In this document: piece after piece, positions 6,871-14,997 of the stretch
Layout: each line of letters begins with the position of its first letter
Numbering within the stretch: position 1 is the first letter of the stretch
Assembly: GCA_964242305.1 (NCBI GenBank)
Contig: CAXTBB010000011.1
Location: 52,935 to 76,934, forward strand
From: an uncultured Solirubrobacteraceae bacterium
Lineage (GTDB): Bacteria > Actinomycetota > Thermoleophilia > Solirubrobacterales > Solirubrobacteraceae
Length of the DNA stretch: 24,000 nt
Direction of reading: 5' to 3'
Notes under the pieces: model-generated
Seen by the model: only the letters and a program-made list of their open reading frames with translations
Told to the model about the DNA's origin: nothing
Databases searched by the model: none
Translations under genes and position numbers: made by a program

Positions 6871-8834
6871 GCGCCAGCCATTTCGGCCCGCAGCGCCAGC
6901 GCGGCCGCGCCCCGCTGGGCGGCGTCGTCGGGCGCCGACTCGATGACCACGCGGCAGGGGCGGTCGGCCAGCACCGTCTCCAGCGTCTTGCCGAACAGCG
7001 ACCCGCCCGCGACCCGGCGCGGCAGCCCGATGACGATCGCCGACGCCCGCATGTCCTCGGCCTCCTCGATGATGCGCCGCCCGGCCTGGCCCGGGCGCAC
7101 CTTCTCCCAGTGCCCGGTCACCCGCCGCCCGCCGGCGACGCGGGCCTGCTCGATCATCGAGTCGGCGGCAGCCTCGGCCGCCGGCATCCGCTCCTCGAGC
7201 TTGAGCGCGTACGGCACCGGGATCGTCACCAGCAGGTGGATGCCGTGCCGCTTGCGGGCCGCCAGCTTCGCCGCCGTGGCCACGATGCGCGGGTTGTAGC
7301 CGTCCTCCCCGTTGAGGGCGACGAGCACGGAGTCGTACTCGGCCTCGTGGTCGACGACCGGCTGCGGGATCGCCACCTTGTGCGTGCTGGTGAGGTCCAG
7401 GCCGAGCGAGTGCCGGAAGGGGACGTAGATGATCAGCCCGAGCACCAGCCAGGTGACGCCGGCGATCGCCACCCCCGGGTTGAGCACGACGATGACGATG
7501 AAGGCGACGAAGGTGAACGTCCCGCCGACGATCGCGAACATGGGCGCGTCGTAGTCGCCGATGCGCAGGTTGCCAGGCCCCCGGTACGGGCGCGTGCGCT
7601 CGGGCATCGTCGCCCGCAGGCGCGCTACGGAGACATGGGCGACCGTGAAGCTCAGCAGCGCCCCGAACGAGTACAGCCCGCCGAGGAAGTCCGCCTGGCC
7701 GGGCAGCAGCGCCACGATGGCCAGGCCCCCGAAGAGGGCGATCCCGATGTACGGCGTCCCGTACTTCGGGTGCAGCGTGCGCAGCCCGTCGGGCATCTGG
7801 CGGTGGATGCCCATCGAGTACACGAGCCGGGACACGCCGATCAGACCCGCGTTGGTGGCCAGGAACAGGATCGTGGCGGCCAGCAGCCCGACGTAGAGCT
7901 CCGTCGGCCCCTGCAGCGGCCCGAGGTCCATCGCGCGCACCAGCCCCAGGATCGGATCGCCGGCGCTGCCGCCCTGCTGCTCGGTCAGCCCGAGGTTGGT
8001 GAACATGTCGCCGACCTTGACCGCTCCGCTCGTGACCGCCTCGTCCCCGGCCCGCGCGGCCTGCACCGGCAGCGCGCTCAGCGCGATCGACGGCAGCGTC
8101 AGGTAGATGGCGAACACCGCCAGGCGGACGCGGTTGATCGCCTTCGGGATCGTGATCGTCTCGTCGATGGCCTCCTCGGCCATGTTCGAGATCGTCTCGA
8201 TGCCCGTGTAGGCGAGCATGCCGATCGGGATCGCCAGCACGAACTGCGACCACGTCGGCGCCGTCCCCAGGTCCACGTTGGAGACCAGCACATCGGGCGA
8301 GAAGACGACGAAGACGCCGAGCAGGACCAGCAGCAGCTGGGTGGCGAAGTCGATGACCGCGAGCAGGACGTTGACCGAGGTCGACTCCTCCGTCCCGCGG
8401 ATGTTGAGCGCGACCAGGCCGGCGACCACCACCGCGCCGCCGATGATGTCCCCCGGCGAGTGCCGCAGGAAGTCCCAGAACAGCCCGCCCAGGTAGTGCG
8501 GGACGAAGAACGCGCTGATCGCGACGGTCAGCGTGTATGTGAGCATCCCCGCCCAGGCGGCGAAGAAGGACCAGAACTCGTTGAACGCCCGCCGCGCGAA
8601 CGACGACGACCCGCCCGCCTCGGGGAACATCGCCGTCGCCTCCGCGTACGACGCCGCCGTCATGAAGAAGAAGACGCCGGTGATCATGAACACGATCGGC
8701 GTCAGGCCCAGCGCGTAGGAGGCGACCAGGCCGAGCGCGTAGTAGATCGACGAGCCGACGTTGCCGTATGCCGTGGCGAAGAGGGCGTTCGTGCCCAGCA
8801 CCCGCTGGAGTCCGTGGAGACGGCGTTCGGCCAA
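6867..8834 (-). CDS. APC-superfamily permease with C-terminal USP domain (paralogue of 4658..6637)
   Basis: The N-terminal motif RVLGTNALFATAYGNVGSSIYYALG aligns with the paralogue's N-terminus. It has a multi-TM core and a C-terminal USP-like tail (YDSVLVALNGEDGYNPRIV...ASAIVIGLPRR...GKTLETVLADRPCRVVI). The start is uncertain. The track gives GTG 8894, but codons 8894-8835 have poor GC3. I prefer TTG 8834, which lies 8 nt after a TAAACT -10 box. GTG 8801 is another option. Confidence 0.85.
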   Translation of the reverse strand: MAERRLHGLQRVLGTNALFATAYGNVGSSIYYALGLVASYALGLTPIVFMITGVFFFMTAASYAEATAMFPEAGGSSSFARRAFNEFWSFFAAWAGMLTYTLTVAISAFFVPHYLGGLFWDFLRHSPGDIIGGAVVVAGLVALNIRGTEESTSVNVLLAVIDFATQLLLVLLGVFVVFSPDVLVSNVDLGTAPTWSQFVLAIPIGMLAYTGIETISNMAEEAIDETITIPKAINRVRLAVFAIYLTLPSIALSALPVQAARAGDEAVTSGAVKVGDMFTNLGLTEQQGGSAGDPILGLVRAMDLGPLQGPTELYVGLLAATILFLATNAGLIGVSRLVYSMGIHRQMPDGLRTLHPKYGTPYIGIALFGGLAIVALLPGQADFLGGLYSFGALLSFTVAHVSVARLRATMPERTRPYRGPGNLRIGDYDAPMFAIVGGTFTFVAFIVIVVLNPGVAIAGVTWLVLGLIIYVPFRHSLGLDLTSTHKVAIPQPVVDHEAEYDSVLVALNGEDGYNPRIVATAAKLAARKRHGIHLLVTIPVPYALKLEERMPAAEAAADSMIEQARVAGGRRVTGHWEKVRPGQAGRRIIEEAEDMRASAIVIGLPRRVAGGSLFGKTLETVLADRPCRVVIESAPDDAAQRGAAALALRAEMAGA

Positions 8835-8869
8835 GGATTTTGAGTTTACGGCCGATACCGTCCGGACCA
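8835..8869. promoter_or_regulatory. compact divergent promoter region with back-to-back -10 boxes
   Basis: Minus strand: TAAACT (8848-8843), then 8 nt, then TTG 8834. Plus strand: TACCGT (8856-8861), then 8 nt, then GTG 8870. Both hexamers fit the actinobacterial TANNNT -10 consensus at leaderless-type spacing. This is the locally most AT-rich stretch (ggattttgagtttac). Confidence 0.35.
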
Positions 8870-10051
8870 GTGAGCGCCACACCGCCCACACCACGACGCC
8901 TGAAGGAGCTCGACGCCGTGCGCGGACTCGCGGCGCTCTCCGTGATGTTCGGCCACTCGGCCACCGTCCTACCCGCCTTTGCCACCGGGACGCGCGGCGA
9001 CGGGGTGACGGCGCTCAACCTGCTCAAGTACACCCCGCTGAACCTGCTGATCTCCGGTTCGGCGGCGGTCATGGTCTTCTTCGTCCTGAGCGGGTTCGTG
9101 CTGACGCTGCCGATGCTCGCGAACGGCGGCGACAGCTACAGCGCGTTCCTGATCCGGCGGTTCTGCCGGCTGTGGATCCCCTACGCAGCGGCCGTGGTCC
9201 TCGCCGTCGTCGCGTCGCTGGCGTTCATCGGGGACACGAACGCGGGCCTCAGCGAGTGGTTCAACACCAAGTGGATGCACGAGCCGGGGCTCGAGAGCAT
9301 CGTCGCCCACGTCGCCCTGATCCCGTCCTTCCACAACGACGCGTTCGACCCGGTGATCTGGTCCCTGGTCCACGAGATGCGCATCTCGCTGGTCTTCCCG
9401 CTGCTCGCGGCCGCGGTGCTCGCGTTCGGTCCCCTTCGCAGCCTCGGCGCCGCGCTGGCCCTGGCGACGGTCTGCTACGTCATCGGCAGCTCGGTCATCA
9501 CGGGGACCGACTATTTCCGGACGGGGGAGTACGTGCTGTGCTTCGTCGTCGGGATCCTGCTGGCCGGCCACCGCCGATCGCTGCAGGAGCGCCTGGTGGC
9601 GACCGGGCCACGGGTGCGCGCGGTGCTGTGGATCGTCGCGGCGGTCGCGCTCAGCTGGCGCGACGTGATCCCCGCCGGGCCGCTCCCCGGGCCGCTCGAG
9701 CGTCTGGCGCACCTCGACCTGGTCGACGTCATCGTCAACACGATCGGCGCCGCACTGGTCATCGTCCTGGTGCAGGACGGAGCGGCCAAGCGGCTGCTGC
9801 GCCGGTCGGTGCCGCAGTTCTTCGGGCGCATCTCCTACAGCCTCTATCTCGTCCACGCCGTCGTCCTGCTCGGTGTCCTGCACCTGATCGGGGAGACGGA
9901 TCGGCCCGCGCTGGCGTTCCCGATCGTGTGGGCCCTTTCCGTCGCCCTCGCGACCCTTGGGCAGCGGTACGTCGAGCTTCCCGCCCAGCAGCTCGGCCGG
10001 CGTCTGAGCCGGCGGCAGCCCGTCGGCGCCCCGTACCCCGCCGAGGCCTGA
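8870..10051 (+). CDS. membrane acyltransferase, acyltransferase-3 (OafA/YrhL-like) family
   Basis: Hallmark motifs are present: LKELDAVRGLAALSVMFGH, AVMVFFVLSGFVL, IRRFCRLWIPY, IWSLVHEMRISLVFP, FGRISYSLYLVHAVV. About 10 TM segments. The ATG 8768 start in the track is rejected, because codons 8768-8869 have low GC3 and are antisense to the permease. GTG 8870 is in frame. Confidence 0.85.
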   Translation: MSATPPTPRRLKELDAVRGLAALSVMFGHSATVLPAFATGTRGDGVTALNLLKYTPLNLLISGSAAVMVFFVLSGFVLTLPMLANGGDSYSAFLIRRFCRLWIPYAAAVVLAVVASLAFIGDTNAGLSEWFNTKWMHEPGLESIVAHVALIPSFHNDAFDPVIWSLVHEMRISLVFPLLAAAVLAFGPLRSLGAALALATVCYVIGSSVITGTDYFRTGEYVLCFVVGILLAGHRRSLQERLVATGPRVRAVLWIVAAVALSWRDVIPAGPLPGPLERLAHLDLVDVIVNTIGAALVIVLVQDGAAKRLLRRSVPQFFGRISYSLYLVHAVVLLGVLHLIGETDRPALAFPIVWALSVALATLGQRYVELPAQQLGRRLSRRQPVGAPYPAEA

Positions 10052-10058
10052 CGTCGCG

Positions 10059-11048
10059 GTGGACGTCAGCGTGCTCACACCGGTGCTGAACGAGGAGTCT
10101 CACCTCCACGACGTGGTCAACCGGATGCAGGGCCAGGACTTCGACGGCGAGGTCGAGTTCCTGTTCATCGACGGCGGCTCGACGGACGCCAGCCGGGCGA
10201 TCCTGGCCGAGCGGGCGGCCGCCGACCCGCGCATTCGCGTCCTCGACAATCCCCGCCGGCGCACGCCCTTCGCGCTCAACCTCGGCCTGCGAGCCGCCCG
10301 CGGGGAGTTCGTCGCGCGCATGGACGCCCACACGCGCTATCCGCCCGAGTACCTGCGGCTGGGTGTCCACCGGCTTCGGCGCGGCGGCGCCACGCACGTC
10401 AGCGGCCCGCAGCTCGCCGTCGGGGACGGGCGGCCGTGGTCGGACCGGGTCGCGCTGGCGCTGTCGACCTCCCTGGGCACCGGCGGCGCTGCCTTTCGCT
10501 CGGCCGGGGACGCCGAGTTCGAGGTCGACACCGGCTTCACCGGGATGTGGCGCCGCGACGTCCTCGAGCGCGCAGGCGGCTGGGACGAGGCCTGGCTGAC
10601 CGACCAGGACTGCGAGCTGGCCTTCCGGCTGCACGAGACGGAGCCGGGCGCCCACGTCTGCGTCCCCGCGATGGCGGCCCAGTACCTGCCGCGCGACTCG
10701 CTGGCGAGCCTGCGCCGCCAGTACTGGCAGTACGGGCTGCACAAGGTCAAGACGTTCCGCCGCCACCCGCAGGCGATGCGCCCGTCGCACCTGCTCCCGC
10801 CCGTCGTCGCCGCCACCGTGCTGGCCGCGCCGTTCAGCCGCATCGCACGCCTCGGCCTGGGCGGTTACGCCGCCGCACTCGTTGTCACCGCCGCCCGCGC
10901 CGACGCGTCGCCGGGAGACGCCGCCGCGCTCCCGCTGGTCCACGCGACCATGCACCTGGCCTACGGCTTCGGCCTGATCGCCGGCGTCCGTCAAGAGGGT
11001 CTCCCCGCCGCCGCGATCGCCGGCGCGGTGAGACGGGTGCTGGCGTGA
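10059..11048 (+). CDS. family 2 glycosyltransferase (ExoA-like)
   Basis: The N-terminus VDVSVLTPVLNEESHL...FLFIDGGSTDASRAIL...ARGEFVARMDAHT is typical of a GT2 GT-A fold with a DxD-like (M)DAH motif. The tail is hydrophobic. Confidence 0.85.
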   Translation: MDVSVLTPVLNEESHLHDVVNRMQGQDFDGEVEFLFIDGGSTDASRAILAERAAADPRIRVLDNPRRRTPFALNLGLRAARGEFVARMDAHTRYPPEYLRLGVHRLRRGGATHVSGPQLAVGDGRPWSDRVALALSTSLGTGGAAFRSAGDAEFEVDTGFTGMWRRDVLERAGGWDEAWLTDQDCELAFRLHETEPGAHVCVPAMAAQYLPRDSLASLRRQYWQYGLHKVKTFRRHPQAMRPSHLLPPVVAATVLAAPFSRIARLGLGGYAAALVVTAARADASPGDAAALPLVHATMHLAYGFGLIAGVRQEGLPAAAIAGAVRRVLA

Positions 11049-12160
11049 GGCTGGCCGCCTACGAGGACGCGATCTACCAGCGCGACACCGACGGGACGCT
11101 GACGGTCCACCGGGCGTTCCCGTTGTTCATGTTCGGCCTGGCCGACGGGGTCGAGGCTCTCACCGTCCTCGGCCGTCTGGACCCAACCCCGGGTCGCTCG
11201 CATTACGCGGTCCCCGCGCCCGACAGCTTCGTGCCGCTGCCGCATTACGAGAACGCGGCCGACGTCGGTGCCGTCGTCCGCGCGCTCAGGGGCACCGTGC
11301 GCGAGTGCTGGCGCGTGCTGGGACGGGTCGACGCGGTCTGGGTCAACGGACCGAGCCCGATGGCGGTCGTCCTCGCGGTCCTCGCCCTGATGCGTCGCCG
11401 GCGGCTCGTCCTCGGGGTCCGTCAGGACACGCTCGCCTACGCCCGCAACCGCTTTCCGGGCCGTCGCGGACCGCTGCTCGCGTTCTGGCTGATGGACGCC
11501 GTCTGGCGCGCGCTCGGGCGCGTCGCGCGGGTGACCGCCGTCGGCCCGGCGCTGGCGGCCCGCCATCCCGGGGCGCATCAGCTCGCCGTCTCCTTCGTCC
11601 GCGACGGCGACCTCGAGGCGCCCCGCGCGCCGTCCGGCGGCGGCCGCACGCTGCTCTCGGTGGGGCGCCTGGAGACGGAGAAGAACCCGCTCCTGCTCGC
11701 GGACGTCCTGGCCGAGCTCGGCGACGGCTACCGGCTGCAGATCGTCGGCGAGGGCCCGCTCGAACCCGAGCTGCGCGCCCGCCTCGAGCAGCTCGGGGTC
11801 GACGAACGGGCCGAGCTGCTCGGGTACGTCCCGCTCGACGGCGGCCTGTTCGACCGCTACCGGTCCTGCGACCTGTTCCTGCACGTCTCCTGGACGGAGG
11901 GCCTCCCCCAGGTCCTGCTGGAGGCGTTCGCCGCCCGCGCGCCCGTGGTCGCCACCGCGGTTGGCGGGGTCCCCGAGGTCGCCGAGGGAGCTGCGCTGCT
12001 GATCCCGCCTGGGGACGCGAAGGCGGCCGCGGACGCCGTCCGCCGCATGCTCGGCGAGGACGCGCTGCGCGAGCGGTTGGTCGCCGCGGGGCTCGAACGG
12101 GCGCGCGCGCGGACGCAGGACGCCGAGCGCCGGCGCCTGCTGGCGTTCATCGCGGCTTGA
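11045..12160 (+). CDS. family 4 glycosyltransferase (GT-B, Glycos_transf_1 C-domain)
   Basis: The real part of track ORF 10436..12160 begins at GTG 11045, a GTGA overlap with the GT2 stop. The C-domain reads LLSVGRLETEKNPLLL...QIVGEGPLEPELRARLEQLGV...LFLHVSWTEGLPQVLLEAFAARAPVVATAVGGVPEV, containing the EX7E-type motif. Confidence 0.85.
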   Translation: MRLAAYEDAIYQRDTDGTLTVHRAFPLFMFGLADGVEALTVLGRLDPTPGRSHYAVPAPDSFVPLPHYENAADVGAVVRALRGTVRECWRVLGRVDAVWVNGPSPMAVVLAVLALMRRRRLVLGVRQDTLAYARNRFPGRRGPLLAFWLMDAVWRALGRVARVTAVGPALAARHPGAHQLAVSFVRDGDLEAPRAPSGGGRTLLSVGRLETEKNPLLLADVLAELGDGYRLQIVGEGPLEPELRARLEQLGVDERAELLGYVPLDGGLFDRYRSCDLFLHVSWTEGLPQVLLEAFAARAPVVATAVGGVPEVAEGAALLIPPGDAKAAADAVRRMLGEDALRERLVAAGLERARARTQDAERRRLLAFIAA

Positions 12161-12935
12161 CGGCCAGGTACTCGAGGCCCTCGACGGCGAGGTTGCCGAC
12201 CAGCCGGGCCGGCGGGGAGGATGCCGCCACCTCCAATACGCGCTGGCGAAGCCCGGTGGCCTCCCCCGCGGCCGCCCGCATCTCCCACTGGTCGACCGTG
12301 CGCGCGAAGCCCGCCTCGTGCAGCCGGCGGACCACCTCGCGGTTGTCGAACCACCAATACGCGGGGCGGGTCGTGTGGCCGACGAGCCACGGCTTCTCGC
12401 GCATCGCCCAGTCCATGATCGCCCGGCGAGCGCGGTCGGGGTACCAGGGGAAGCCCGGGAAGCGCGCGATCTCGTTCTGCCGCGGCGAGAGGTGGCTGGT
12501 GGTCGAGAAGAACATCCCTCCCCCGGGGCGCAGGACGCGGTAGCCCTCGCGGAACACGGCCCACGGATCGTCCACGTGCTCGAGCACCGAGTAGACGTGC
12601 ACGTACTGGAACTCCCCGTCCTCGAACGGCAGCGCCTCGGCCACGCCCTCGACGATCTCGGTCAGAACGCCGGTCGCCTCCGCGAAGGCGTGACGGGTCG
12701 AGAGCGCGTCGAGGGAGGGCTCGACGCCGCGCGCGGCGTAGCCGTGCTCGAGGAAGGCCGTGACGGTCACGCCCTGCGCGGCGCCGACGTCGAGGACCGG
12801 ATCCCCTGGCTCGAGCGCCATGAACGGCCGCAGGCGGGCCACGAGGCGCGGGACGTGGCCGCGCCACTCCGCGAGTCGCTCGAGTGCCTGGTCGACGGTG
12901 TTGAGCTCGGTGGCTCCCTGTTCGCAGTCGGTCAC
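12147..12935 (-). CDS. class I SAM-dependent methyltransferase (atypical motif I)
   Basis: GTG 12935 is preceded by GAGAAAGG and overlaps the upstream TGA (GTGA). Motif I is VLDVGAAQGVTV. The post-motif region FQYVHVYSVLEHVDDPWAVFREGYRVLRPGGGMFFST is typical of the Methyltransf_11/23 type. The rest of track ORF 12147..13442 is out-of-frame overlap. Confidence 0.8.
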   Translation of the reverse strand: MTDCEQGATELNTVDQALERLAEWRGHVPRLVARLRPFMALEPGDPVLDVGAAQGVTVTAFLEHGYAARGVEPSLDALSTRHAFAEATGVLTEIVEGVAEALPFEDGEFQYVHVYSVLEHVDDPWAVFREGYRVLRPGGGMFFSTTSHLSPRQNEIARFPGFPWYPDRARRAIMDWAMREKPWLVGHTTRPAYWWFDNREVVRRLHEAGFARTVDQWEMRAAAGEATGLRQRVLEVAASSPPARLVGNLAVEGLEYLAVKPR

Positions 12936-13627
12936 GCCGCCGCCTTTCTCAGTGTTCCGACGAGGTGGGTGTCGGCCAGGCGCAGCCCCGACAGCGCGAC
13001 CGCGACGGGCCGCGCGCGTCCGGCCAGGGCACGGGCCAGCGGCGGCGCCAGGGTGGCCCGGCGCAGGGTGGGCTCCAGGTCCGGGAACAGCCGGCGCAGC
13101 TCGCGGCGGCCGACGCCGCGCGTGTTCGCGTTGCGCGGCTCGGACACGAAGAAGTCGTACCAGAGGATCAGGCCGCCCGGGCGCAGCACGCGCGTCATCT
13201 CGCCGGCGATGGCCGCGCGCGTGGCACCGTCGAGCACCGACGACAGCATCATGCTCTGGAAGACGACGTCGAACGACTGGTCGTCCCACGCCAGCGACGT
13301 GGCGTCGCCCTCCCGGACGTCGGCACCCGGCAGCCGGTGCGCGGCGCGCTCGGCGCGTGCCGCGACGAGGTCGACACCGGCGAGGCGGTCTCGCTCGGTG
13401 CCCCAGCTCTCGAAGCGCGCCAGCCATCCGCCCCCCCCGCACCCGACGTCGAGCACGGACCGGCCGGCGAGCGGCAGCCCACCCGCACGCCTGAGCGCCT
13501 CGACGGCCAGGCGCTCCGTCTCCTGCACGATGAGGATCTGCGCGGGCTCGGTGAACGCGTAGCGGTCGTCTCCCGCCTGGGCCCGCCGCCGATACTCGTC
13601 ACGGATGCGGTCGGCTTCGGCGCTCAC
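12932..13627 (-). CDS. class I SAM-dependent methyltransferase
   Basis: GTG 13627 overlaps the upstream TGA (GTGA). Motif I is SVLDVGCGGGGWLARF. The acidic loop is GVDLV. Downstream reads FDVVFQSMMLSSVLD...MTRVLRPGGLILWYDF. Confidence 0.85.
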   Translation of the reverse strand: MSAEADRIRDEYRRRAQAGDDRYAFTEPAQILIVQETERLAVEALRRAGGLPLAGRSVLDVGCGGGGWLARFESWGTERDRLAGVDLVAARAERAAHRLPGADVREGDATSLAWDDQSFDVVFQSMMLSSVLDGATRAAIAGEMTRVLRPGGLILWYDFFVSEPRNANTRGVGRRELRRLFPDLEPTLRRATLAPPLARALAGRARPVAVALSGLRLADTHLVGTLRKAAA

Positions 13628-14997
13628 GGGGCCGCCCGCGCCTCGGCGGCACGCCCGAGCCGCAGCAGGCACGGACCGAGGGCGAGCAGGATCCATAGCG
13701 ACTTCTCGTGCTCCATCGAGATGAACATGCCGGCGGCGAGCAGCGCGACCGTCGCCACGATCACCGAGCGCGACAGCAGTTCCATGGCGGTGTCGCCCGC
13801 CCTGTGGAACGCCCACGCCGCCTGGACGCCGCAGCGCATGGCGGCGGCCACGATGGCCATGAAGATCGTCAGGCCGACGAGCCCGAGCTCCGCCCACAGA
13901 CCGAGATACAGGTTGTGGACGACCTTCGGGCTGTCGATGATGAAGTCGACGCGTTGGATGTCGCCCGCGTCGAACAGGTAGTGCTTGGAGACGACCGTGA
14001 AGTTCCCGGCGCCGACCCCCACGACGGGGTGGGCGCGCGCGACGCGCTCGGCGACCCGCCAGATGTCGGTGCGCCCGCTGCCGTTGCCGAACTCCTGCAG
14101 GCGCGTGCGGGCCTCCTGCGGGGCGGCCTGTGTGATGTATGCGGCGCCGAGCCCGAGCACGACGACGGCCAGGATCGCCGCGGGCAATCGGCGGCCGGGA
14201 CCGGCGAAGAGGACCGCGCACGCCGTCGCCGAGCTGAGCGCGATGATCCCCGTCCGCGACGCCGTGACGACCAGCGAGAAGAACAGCACCAGGATGAGCA
14301 CCGCCGCCAGCGCGCGCACCGCGACCGCGTACCCGCGGGTCAGGACGGCGAAGGCGCACATCGCGATCCCGGCGACGAGCGCGGCGGCCAGCTCGTTGGG
14401 GTCGACGCCCGCGCCGCTGATCCGGCCCTCCGCCGCGGCGTCGGCGTCCGCCGGTGCGATGAAGGCGCCGTAGACCGTGCTGACGAGCACGCCGGCGACG
14501 AACGCCATCAGCACCCGGCGCAGATCCTTGTCCTCCCGGACGCCGGCGTAGACGATCCCGAACAGCAGCAGGTTGGGGCCGAACCGCTGGAGCGCGTCGA
14601 TGACCGCGTCGGGGGCCTCGGCCCAGATCAACCCGGCGGAGACCCACGCCATCAAGAGCGCGCCCAGGACGACGATGCCGCGGTGCTTGGACCCGAAGCG
14701 CGGACGCGCGCCGGGCGCCGCCGCAGAGGCGGCCAGCCACGACAGCACCAGGACGCCGCCCAGCAGCTTGGCCGCGGAGAGCGCGCCGAACCCGGGCAGG
14801 ACCTCGGTGAAGCTCGTGAAGGTGAAGATGATCACTCCGGCGGTGAGGTCAAGGACGACGAGGGAGACGAAGGCGATCGCGGCCGCGCCGCCGATCGCCA
14901 CGAGTGGCGCCACGACGGCGACGAGCCCGAGCGCGGCGGCCACCAGCGCCGTGAGCACGGGCACCATCCACACCGGAGCCTCGTAGCGCGCCGTCAT
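13624..14997 (-). CDS. O-antigen ligase/polymerase-like membrane protein (Wzy_C domain family)
   Basis: Polytopic (more than 10 TM). Wzy_C-type signatures: VVTASRTGIIAL, GNGSGRTDIWRVAERVARAHPVVGVGAGNF, HNLYLGLWAELGLVGL. ATG 14997 overlaps the upstream TGA (ATGA). The GTG 15048 start in the track would add an implausible Gly/Arg leader. Confidence 0.8.
   Translation of the reverse strand: MTARYEAPVWMVPVLTALVAAALGLVAVVAPLVAIGGAAAIAFVSLVVLDLTAGVIIFTFTSFTEVLPGFGALSAAKLLGGVLVLSWLAASAAAPGARPRFGSKHRGIVVLGALLMAWVSAGLIWAEAPDAVIDALQRFGPNLLLFGIVYAGVREDKDLRRVLMAFVAGVLVSTVYGAFIAPADADAAAEGRISGAGVDPNELAAALVAGIAMCAFAVLTRGYAVAVRALAAVLILVLFFSLVVTASRTGIIALSSATACAVLFAGPGRRLPAAILAVVVLGLGAAYITQAAPQEARTRLQEFGNGSGRTDIWRVAERVARAHPVVGVGAGNFTVVSKHYLFDAGDIQRVDFIIDSPKVVHNLYLGLWAELGLVGLTIFMAIVAAAMRCGVQAAWAFHRAGDTAMELLSRSVIVATVALLAAGMFISMEHEKSLWILLALGPCLLRLGRAAEARAAP

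Noticed and set aside
6871-9072. Bulk of the 812-aa ORF 6634..9072, plus the plus-strand ORF 7110..8843
   Set aside because: These overlap the second APC-USP permease in other frames and have no motifs. Only the terminal 78 codons (6634..6870) have coding-like properties.
8969-12867. Minus-strand ORFs 8969..10078, 9759..10994, 10991..11884 and 11857..12867, and plus-strand ORF 11305..12543
   Set aside because: They are antisense or out of frame to clear acyltransferase, GT2, GT4 and methyltransferase genes. Their compositions are Arg/Gly/Pro-rich and they have no domain signatures.
13431-13438. C8 (G8 on the coding strand) homopolymer inside methyltransferase motif I, considered as a phase-variation tract
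   Set aside because: It simply encodes the Gly run of VGCGGGGW. Runs of this length are expected by chance at this base composition. There is no second tract and no evidence of length heterogeneity.
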